From Ministeria vibrans ATCC 50519 (lineage: Eukaryota; Protista; Filasterea): a DNA stretch of 38,340 nucleotides. Location of the stretch: the NCBI GenBank assembly GCA_943704425.1, contig CALSCP010001426.1:1-38340 (forward strand), in the 5' to 3' direction. How positions within the stretch are numbered: the first letter of the stretch is position 1; every line of letters begins with the position of its first letter. The notes below the pieces were generated by a model. The model was not told the DNA's origin, did no database searches, and saw only the letters and a program-made list of their open reading frames with translations. Shown here in pieces: positions 25,750 through 36,100 of the stretch. The position numbers were made by a program, and so were the translations under genes.

Positions 25750-26095
25750 GCATATACTTCGCTTTCAGTCATCCTTGGAAAATTGGCATTCGCTTTACCT
25801 GGCCTGGCGCCAGCGAAGATGATTCAGAATTAGGGTGGGTTCAAGTCTGGGATGAACAGCGTGCACGAAGTGTGTCGGTCGGAGGAGATTTACGACTTTT
25901 GCTGGGCCTCAAACGTCGAAACAACTTTGTGTGTCCGGCGCTCGAGGGGATTACTGTGAGACTGGCGAATCGCTAGGAAGCGCATGTTTGCTATGCGAAA
26001 GATACGAAGGCCCTGTAGGGGCTTGAGAGTGACCAGGTTGTATGATTTGTTGTGACTTTTTGACGTATGAACACTATTATTATACTTTTGTCTTT

Positions 26096-29000
26096 TTATT
26101 GTTCGGTAGAGATGATGCTGACGATTGAGTCTTGGACAGTGTCGGTATTGGCGGCGGTTGATGGGTCGCCTGGTGTTATAGCTGCAGCTGTTGGTTGCGG
26201 AGATGCCTTGCCTGGGCTGGTATTGCTGTTGCTGTCGCTGAAAGAAAAGGGCGACGGAGAGTCGACGTGGAGGAGGTACTCGAGGACGTGGAGAGGTGGT
26301 GTGTCAAGGTCGTCATTGGCGCACGAACGTAGTGACTGGGCGAGAAGCACAACGTTCTCGGACGAGCAAGCGGATGAGAGACTGTCGTGCGGTGGTTCTT
26401 GATGTGCGCCAATAGGCGACGCAAGAGGCGAAAGCAGAATGCCGGGTGTGCTCCAAACGGACTCGCCGCTCCCTGCATCGTCATTGTACTCGTCTTCTCG
26501 GTCGCTGTTGTCGGTGTCGTTGACGACTCTGTTGTTGTTGTTGTTGTCTTGCTCGCGTACGCTGATCATGTTGCTGCGTGCCAAGGAAGGAGAGCGCTCT
26601 GGCAGCGGGTGAAGAGGGCCGCCAAAGTAATTCGATGATTTGCGGGTTGGGTCACGATGGGCGCGTTTTGACGCGAGGCTGTTGCTGTGAAGATTGTCGC
26701 GATCGTTGTCTTGCGCCTTCTCATTGATGTCGTCGAGCTGAAGAGATGAAGTATTGATGTCGTCGAGAAGAGATGAATTCAAAGGCTTGGGCTGGGAATT
26801 GGCATCTTGGGGAGCGGACGTGGTCACGAGACGAGTGCGTTGACGGATGGAGGTGGACGCCTGTTTTGTTCGCGAGCGAGCCGAGCGGGTGCGACGTGAG
26901 ATGGGCGAAAGCGATGCGCGCGTGTCTGTCTCGATAGACGAAGGGTTCAGCGCGCGTGTCACCCAGCTGGGCAGTTCAGTGTTGTGAGGAGTGTCAGCTG
27001 CAAAATTGCGCGTCGCCATGGCAGATTGGCGCGCGAGCACGTGCATTGAGCGGGAGGCGTTCCATTCAAATCCCACGGCATGCAGCTGCTTGATTTGCTC
27101 ATGCGTCAGCTGCCCTTGTTTGGCGCGATAGCGAACGTTTGAGATCCACCTAAAAAAGAAATATTATAATGCCGTAAAAAAAAAGATTAATCATGAAAAA
27201 ATAATAGTGAGTGAACGATTCAATTGCTTACTTTCCAAATCCTACGTCAAACTTGGCATTGCGCTGCAGGAAAAAAATAATAATAATGAATAAAAATTAT
27301 AATTATAATGAATAACAATAATAATCAGAATAATTATTATAATAATATTATTCTGTTTTTTTTTCGTTGTTCGGCGGGGGTTTCAGATGATCATGACTGT
27401 ACCGGCACGTGACAGTGGCCATATGTACTCTTCCAAACGCGCAATCGTGCAAGGTTGTCATCCCAATTGTGTTGCCGACTCACGATGCGGGTGTCTTGGG
27501 CGGTCGATGAAGCTGACGAAAGCGTGCGCTTAAATGGAGTTGTCGAGGTCGAGGTCGAGACGAGTGACGCCGATGACGTTGACTTGGTGCTCATACTGCC
27601 GTTGTCAACGTCGCGGGGTGGGGTCATTGGCTTTAATACGTCATGCGTATCATGGCACGGCCAGTCGCCCGGAGCCTTTTGCATGACGCCTGCCGCGGGA
27701 GATGTCGGGTCTGGAGAGGGTTGCGGGAGTCTCGTCGTGGACCAGTCAAAATTGATAGAGGCCATGAGGCGTATTTTGCGAGCACGATGGGTGTAGGCGA
27801 AGCTGTTGAACATCATGCGCTCGTTGATTACAAAGAAGTGCAGTTTCTCGTCGTGTGAGCGAGGTACATTACTGGTGCCTGTGCGCGCGTAGTAGACTTG
27901 GAGCTCCTCAAAGTGTTTGAGCCATTGAGTTGGAAGCACCTGCAATGAATCGAGTGAAAAAATACAAAAATTATTGATATAAAATGTAATAATAATAATA
28001 ATAATAATAATTAATTATTATTATTATTATAATAATAAATTATTATTATTGTAGCGCGCACCTCTGCGTCAGGAATGTCTGGGTGACTGTCGACGTCGTC
28101 AAACGTGTGTGAGCCCATCTCATCTTCATGAGAGTTGTACTTGTCGTATCGAACGCGTTTTTGCTTTATGCGACGATGCCTGGGGTGTGGACGGCCGCGG
28201 TGACGGTACACGCGGCGTCGACCAACCGCAAACATGGCGGGTTCTTCATCGCCCGGTTTCCACACGTCTTCTTGTGAACTCGAGTCTTCTGCATAAACTC
28301 GTTGCTTGACGTCTTCGTCCTCGTCACTGTCGTCCTCGTCACTGTCGTCGTACCATGAGGCAAGAAGGGTAGTGCTGCTACTGGAGACTGTTGTCGAACC
28401 ACCCGACGAGGCGCTTGACGGCGACGGATCAATTGAATGATCTGCATGAGAGGTGTTTTTCGTCGTTGGGGTGCCTATGGGAGTCGACCTTGAGAAGCTC
28501 GCAGCGGGACAATGAGAGGGGCGTTTGCGCTTTCGGCCCTGCTTCAAAGTGCTTGTTATGGGTTCATTGCTTGATGTGGGGGGTTCGTTTGAGGAAGGGC
28601 GGCGTCGACCGGTGGTTTGAGCGCTCGTGTCTTCGATGTCTTCTTCTTCAACGTCATTCACTTCGTCGTCGTCTTTGTCAGCGCTAGCTGCTTGCTTGCT
28701 GTGTCGCGTCAAGGGAATCATTGGGTTGCTATAACTGTTTGGCGTGACATGGGAGGTTGGCGTGGGTGGTGTCTTGTCGCGAGTGATCATGAGGCGAAGC
28801 GGTGAGGCGATTTGTCGAGTTTCGTTTGCGGTTCGACGCTGTTTTTGCCACAGTCGCTCGGAGTGCGTCGGCAAGGCTTGTGTGCACGTCATTGGTGCCG
28901 ATGCAAGAGGAGGTGTGGAGCTTTCGGCGCAAAATGCATTGCGTGTCTCGTTCGAGACGTCGCAGCCGTCGAGTGGAGCGATACGAGGTGCAAGCAAATC

Positions 29001-29447
29001 TTTGGTGTTTTGCGTTTGCGTTCGCGTCGGCAGATGCATGTCACTGGAGACTTGAGTGCCAGATCGCATAGAGTCGCGTAAGTGCAACCCTTGAGCGCCA
29101 AGCAACGGTTCCGCAGGTGATTCGCGTATATCCCGTGAGACTGTGGCGACGGCAACGGCGGAAGTAGAACGTGTCGAGCGACCTGTTTTTTTTGTCACTA
29201 GGACTGCAGCAGCGCCTGTTGCTTCGGTGGCTGACGGCGGTGCTTGTGGGGAATGGGTAGGGTATTGTTGTGTCTGAGTAGTATTGGTGCGCGATGCAGT
29301 TCCGGGAGAGCGCCGAAGAGAAGCGCGAGTCGCAGGAAGAGAAGCGTCCGAGTGACGCAGGCTGCGAGCGGCAGCTGGCGGCGTTCCAGCGCGACTCTGC
29401 TGCAACGACTGCAAGTATTGCATACTACGCATCGAGTCGCGCCCCAT
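26096..29447 (-). CDS. Protein with two helicase-associated (HA) domains and long disordered regions
   Basis: HA1: QWLKHFEELQVYYARTGTSNVP...INFDW. HA2: NWDDNLARLRVWKSTYGHCHVP|...|WISNVRYRAKQGQLTHEQIKQLHAVGFEWN. Exons ~29447-28062, 27939-27401, a micro-exon ~27267-27231, and 27149-26096. NLS-like GRKRKRP. Confidence 0.8.
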
Positions 29448-29806
29448 ACGGAAGAAAAAAAAGTGATACAATTATAGTCTTGAAAAATCAAAAATCAGTT
29501 GAGAAAAAAAGCGCAAAAATAATTATTAACAATAATAATTATTATTATTAAAAAAAAATTTCTTCAATAGAAGATTATTATTATGATAATATTTTTTGAA
29601 AGTGGTTGTAAGATGTTTGTGTTGTCGATGTCGACGTCGTCGTCACTTTTGGTTTATGATTGATATGATTGTAATAAATTGGAAATGTCTTCTTCTTCAA
29701 AATAATTATTATCAATAATAATTATGATAAATTATTTTATTTTTATTATTATCGGCGTGTCATGATTGTGCTAGTTTCAAAGTCTATCTAAGCAACAACA
29801 ACAACA

Positions 29807-29807
<1 letters not shown>

Positions 29808-29866
<59 letters not shown>
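29808..29866. repeat. (TTA)n microsatellite
   Basis: Pure TTA run in AT-rich intergenic DNA. Confidence 0.95.
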
Positions 29867-29869
<3 letters not shown>

Positions 29870-30150
29870 ATTATTTTCATAAAAAATTAATTTATCTTGA
29901 GCTACTTTTACAGCCAGGCCTTTGTGCGTGTGTGCAACACCTAAATTGAACTATTATTGCATTTTGCCTGAAATTTTATGTAACCTGCAGGCGGCCGTTA
30001 TTAATAATACTCCAGCTATTATAGGAAGTTACTTTTGTGAATTAATAAAGGTTGTGTATTGGCCGCCAGCAAAAAAAAAATAATCATGAATAATATTTAT
30101 TATTATTATTAGAAGATCAAAGAAATCGAAAAAAGAAACAAACGGAGTAT

Positions 30151-33100
30151 TTAGTGCGCACGCGTGGTGTAGGTTGTTGTGGTGGTGGTGGATGAAGAAG
30201 GGGCGGCAATAACGGTGGTGGCGGAGCGAGAAAGAGTCGGGGGAGGTACGTAGGAGCGCGAAGAGGAGGTGACGGTGGAGCTCAAGGGTGCAGCTCCCGC
30301 GTTATATGAAGAGCGAACAAAGGTACCGCCGGCAGATGCAGATAATGGGCCTGTGCTGCTTGCAAGAGTGGTGGTGAATCGGCGACTGATCGCAGCAGTT
30401 GACGATTGAGTGGGGCCGCCTTGAGCAGCTTTTATAGCACTGCCTCGACAAGCAGTGGGACGCTCGTCGTCATACCAACCAGCAGCGCCTGAGTCACGAC
30501 GGCCCATGCTGGCGGCGGTGGAAGAGCGACGGGACGACTCGCGCTTATAGTCAGGTTTGTAGTGGTGTGGTGCCGGTGTGTTGGTCTTGTATGCATTGAC
30601 CTCTATAAATATATAAAAATATAATTATAATAATAATAACCCCCCACCCAAGAAAAAAAAAATAATAATATTAAATCATTATTGTAAAATTAATTATTAA
30701 ATAGCAAAACCAAACCAACTTTTACTAAATAACAAAAACAAACAAGTTATTACAAATCAAAGGAAAGGGGTACGGGGAAAACCTTGGTTTGCCCCAAAGG
30801 TTACTCGGTTACTCAATTAAAAAAAACAAAAAAACAATTCTACAGCGCTACTACTTTTTTTATTACAATACTTTAGTAACTTTAGTAACTTTTATATTAT
30901 TCTACTATCTATACACTCTAAAGAGGTTACTAAAGAAGTTACTAAAGGTTACTCAAGTTACTAAAGCATCAGAAAATCCATCATACTACCCTGCCTCTTT
31001 TCTTTCATTTTGATGTCTTTCGACTGATGTTTCTATACTAAGGTTTGTAATACATTAACGGCAGTGTGGTCCACGGGCTGTGCAGAAGATTGATCGTCAG
31101 AAAGCTCGTCTATTTCAGAGTAGGCGGTGAAGTTTGGATAACGCTGTTTAGACAGTGCTTGGAGTGCTTTGAGAAATTTTTCGAAGAGAGACCTGCCGAA
31201 AACTTGCAGCTCATGATGCGAAGCTCTGACACCCAAATGATTTAGGTGGTCGTAGTCGGAGTCCATTTTTTGAACGAGCAACTGAAACTTCGCTGGAACG
31301 TCCACGAAAGCGCATGAGATGTTCAGGCTCTGCGCACGATTTCTGATCTTCACCAAATGCCTCAATGAGGCGATGGATTCCTGCCACCCAGGGGAGTGTT
31401 CATCGAGCATTGAGGTCATCTTCTCAATTAAAGGGCTCAGTTTTTCTTTCGCTGAAGACAATAAAGAAGTGATACGAGAGTAGTCTCTCATAGATTGCTG
31501 GTCGCCTCTTTGCTGATGGTCACTAGTAAGAGTTTCTAAACAGCTGATTCCCTCGAGTAAGCTGGGATAGCTGATGTTCGCATTCTGCGCTTCTCGAAGC
31601 AGGTTTTGAATAGCTTCACGTAATTCCGTCATCTTCAGTAGATCGAGACGACTGCTGAGTTCAGACTTTTGTTTTTCCATGACTATCGAGTCGAGACCCT
31701 TACGTACTTCCTCCATTGCCTCCGTATACTGCTGATGAGCCGTCTCGAAATTGTTCAACCAAGTCCTCACAAAATGAAACACAAACAGGCCCTTCAGATT
31801 CAATCCAAACGCATCGAGACTGTCCGCGTCATGGCCTGAATATAGGGTGGCCAGAGTGGATTCCAGAGCTACTGAAGACCAATTAGACGGCTTAATATAC
31901 ACACCAAAGGAAAAAACCCACCGCATCGTTTGTGTAAAACAGACCAGTAATAGAATGGCAGCCGTCACGAGAACAGCCAAACGAAAAGACATGATGTGAT
32001 CGACACTGCATAAGGCTTGTACGTAGATAAATGTCGTGCTGTTCAGCATAGAACTTCCATAGAGGAAATGAGAGCGATACGTATCGCACTCCCCGTTTTT
32101 CAATTCAAATTGGCTTGTGGTGAAGTCAGCACACACGGTGCAGTCAAAACTGGTATTTTTCTTCAAAGGGATACCATAGACAAATAATAGCACTATATAT
32201 ATGATAGAGACCAGACAGAGGATGACCGAAAGGAGACAAGCAGTGTATGAACGGCGGACAGCACCAGCAGACATGTTTGCAATCGGATTTGCGAGAACAG
32301 ACTCCAAATCGCTCGATTTCTTCTCCTTGATATAGATCTCAGTCAAGGCGACGATATTACGCACGTTCTCGAAATGGGGTGCAAGGATAATGAAGAAAAG
32401 GAGGGCAACGAGGAGGGAAATGGCTATGAACACACCTGCGTTCAACGCTTCAAAATTGCTGCGATTCTCACCAAATTCCGTTGCAACACTGCATCGAGTG
32501 TTCAGCCATGCACGTGTCGAAGACAGGTTCGTCGACGAGATGACTGGGACACAGGCAAAATCCGCAGGGAAGAACAGAGAGAGGGCGTTCAAAATAATCA
32601 GAAAACCACTCGTATACACAAGCAAACGCAAAAACCACGGCAAGGGAACACCCAATAGCGAGTTAAAGTATTGACGGTCGACAAGACTTTCCATTATCAC
32701 AACGAGATGTGAACAAGAATGAATTGTAGACGTATTCAGTATTCACTATCCGAAATTCCTTTTTTGCATCAAAAGTACACAATCCATTTGTACTACAGAC
32801 ACGTTTTTTTGTTTTTTGTCGCTCCACATCTGCACTCCACACGTTAAATGGGTTGTATTCTAGTAAATTTAATATTATTATACTATCTATCCACTCTAAA
32901 GAGATTACTAAAGTGGTTACCAAAGGTTACCTACTTAACTTTGAGTAAATCTATCAGAACACACACCTGCCATACTGCCTCTTTTCTCAGGTGCAGTGAT
33001 TTGCCCCCTTTGCAATAAACAACACATCAATATTTTATTTTGAAAGTTGACAGGTAAAAAGGCCATAGTGTATTAAAATTGAATCACTCATCTGTCGGCG

Positions 33101-36100
33101 GACACATATAGCCAGTGACGTAGGAAACGGGCAAATAGCGCTTGTCCTCACGATCGATAGTATCGTTGCAAGAGTCCCTGGCCTGTTGGTCATATTCTCT
33201 CAAAAGAGGGCCAAGGTAGCTGAATTGAGTGCTGTGCAGATCGAGCTTTGGCTGTTGCACTTTGAGCTGGCACAAAGCGTATGTGGTACACGATATAATT
33301 TCGTTGTTACCACACCGCAACGAATGAGACTTTTTATCCGCCTCTGAGGATGCGAACACTGTCCATTCACATGGCATATTAGCCGATGTCATTTCGCCCA
33401 TGGGCTCTTGGTAGTGCAGTCCTGAAGCAGCATAAGTCAATTGAATAGCCTTCATAACCGCCATTTTTCAAAACGGGACACTTGTATTTCAACATTTTCT
33501 TATGAAATATGCCTTTCTTCTCAGTCTTATAGTTATTAGTTGAACACCACTCACTATAAGCTCTGAAAGCATCACCATTGGTAACAAAATTCTTTGACTT
33601 AGATACCTTCGCTTTAATAAATTGTTGTGTTGTGTCAAGATGTGAGACATACTTTGTAAATTCTTCGTTCACAAAAACAGATTCCGTGAATTTCTTTGTT
33701 TTGTAGACTCGCACTGCTCCTTGAACCAGAAAAGTAAAGACTTCATTCAAGTACTTCTTCAGTATGTCATCCAAAAATTGTTCGTCACGTCTTCTTTCCA
33801 TTGGTTTCGTTGGTTTCTGAACGAACATGTAATTAAACGGCATCAATTTGCATCGGTTCATCATTGGTTCTGAGTGATTCCAAATGGGCTTGTCATTTCC
33901 AATGAGTAACATTTTTACCATCAGTCTGACAGTGAATAATTCATCCCTCATTCGTCGCATGGAGATAGTGTCATCACCTGTGATAATCTTGATTGTTTTT
34001 TCGTTCAAAACACATTCAGACATCTCAGCGAATGTTCCCAAATGTTTGTTTAAAACTTGAATCAACTCTGGTGTAGGGCCATTGCTAACTTTACTGCTCA
34101 TACTAGCAAATAACGACTCACTAACACTGGTGTGTAAATGACTACCAAGGATTCTCTCCAAAACTTTGAGGAGACTCGATTTACCATTATTGCCGTCTGG
34201 CCCAGACATTAGAAAGAAACACTTCATAAAATTCCATGGGGATATCATGTAGCCAAATTGCTCTTGGTATCTACGCAATGTGTCTGTGTCATTTGGTGGT
34301 AGGAACGACTTGAAAAGCTTTTCAGCATGTGTTGTATTGTCTGTCAGAGTCACATCAAGAGTGAAATCGAAATAGTCTTCTTTAACACGTTCTCTTATCG
34401 AACCATCACGCAAATCAACACATGCCCCGTTCGCTATCGGGAGACAGTTCTTACTACTGTTAAAATGAAAGTTTTCATCTCTGATTAGGTTGCCAAGCAA
34501 CTGGTACACTGCTTCAAGATAGGATTTCCCATTAATCTTTTGTTTCAAATCAACCATCCATTTAGACTGCTCTGGCTCTAGGAGCAACTTATATTGTTCC
34601 ATGAGAATGATATTGACTATTTTCAAGAGTTGTGGCTTTTTCTTCACTTCCCACAACAGAGTCGTCGCGTTCCACAAATGTCCACTCATTAAGTCTGATT
34701 CCAAGATTAGAATGCCACTGTTTTCAACAATAGTGGAAGCTCCAGTATGGCCGTTCGAGAAGAGTTCTTTATTGTCCATGTGTATGTAATAATTATCTTA
34801 TATCTATTATAATTATTATTTCTTTAAATATTAAACGAATTACGAAGCGAATTATATATCTGCCTTAAGGAGGATGTGCTTTAACGTTTTTGAGTTGAAA
34901 TGATTCGTTAACGTTACAAATTGCTTGTGATATTTGGTTTGTTTATGTTTCCATAAATTGGATTTTGTGGTCGTCTTCCCACATTCGCACTCAACTGGCT
35001 GATATAAATCAGGCCTTCCTTTGTCCTTATGTGATTCATAGTATCGCTTATTGTACTCCTTTGTATTGGTCATTACATAATAATGAGATTTAATCTTTAA
35101 GTCTTAAACGTACGTTAAGGAATCGATGTTTGTAAAAAGTGGTTTGATTTTGCAAGGGGCAAACCAAGGTTTTCCCCGTACCCCTTTCCTTTAAAAAGAG
35201 GCAGTAGGGCACATAGGGGGCGCTTTTTTGCCCCTTTAGTTTCCAAATTTTGGTTGGTCAGGTCGTTCGTTGGTTAGTTTATATATATGACTCTATTATT
35301 TAACACTTTTACACTAAATAATAGTATGTATATCTCTATAAAGTGTAAAAGTGTAAAACGTGTAAGGTTCGGTTGGCAGGTGAAAGATGCTGTTTCCCCA
35401 GCTGAACCTAAAAGTTTTTACACTTATTCACAATTCAATTTCTCCTGAAGTTTGCACTCTAACATGTTGGTGAAAAGTAGTGTAAAATATAATGTAAAAT
35501 TAAAAAAATAGTGCTAATCTATTTTGTGATTTGTAATAACTTGTTTGTTTTTGTTATTTAGTAATAGTTGGTTTGATTTTGTTACTTAATAATTAATTTA
35601 ACAATAATGAATCTCATATTATTATTTTTTTTTCTTGGGTGGGGGGAATAATAATAAAAAAAAATATAAAAAAGTTTTATTAGTACCTTTTCCTTCCTTA
35701 TGACGGTAGTGGGCGAGAGAGGAAGCAGGGGGCGCCTTTCCATGGGCATACGTGTGACCATCGCCTGTGCTGTATGTGTTGGGCGCGGGCGTGGTCGACG
35801 AGCGCGCGGCGGTGCGTGTGTGCATGCCTGACGAGGGTGCTGTGCGGAAGGACGATTCAACTGCCGTCTTTCCAAGCAGTTCCGGTGCTGCATGAGCGTT
35901 GGGTGCCGGGTTCTCGCCCACGAGTGCTACGAACCATTAATATTGAATTATTTTTCTCATACATGTACAGGGCTATAACAATCGTTTGCGTATAATAGAC
36001 AAGACAATCACATGTGATTATTTAATTTGCCCCGTACTTGTGCGGTGCGTGTGCTTCACACCGAAACCATAGCTTGGCGCTCGCCTCTTATCGGAAAAGT

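Larger units (their letters stand above)
30640..35646. mobile_element. ~5.0 kb TIR-bounded, virus-derived (Polinton/PLV/transpoviron-like) non-autonomous element inside intron 5 of the ODF3-like gene
   Basis: ~120-bp terminal inverted repeats starting CCCCCCACCCAAG. AATAA(TAATAA) on both flanks (possible TSD). Intronless, AT-richer ORFs including a D5-like helicase. Confidence 0.85.

Noticed and set aside
30796-30965. Short repeats considered as a CRISPR array or telomeric repeats
   Set aside because: Six-bp units in mixed orientation with irregular spacing, no repeat-spacer periodicity, no cas genes, and not tandem.
30640-35646. Classification as piggyBac, canonical Polinton or Helitron
   Set aside because: CCC..GGG ends but no TTAA TSD or transposase; no pPolB, integrase, capsid or AG..CT termini; no HUH-Rep/Pif1. 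TSD length (5, 8 or 11 bp) is ambiguous within (AAT)n.
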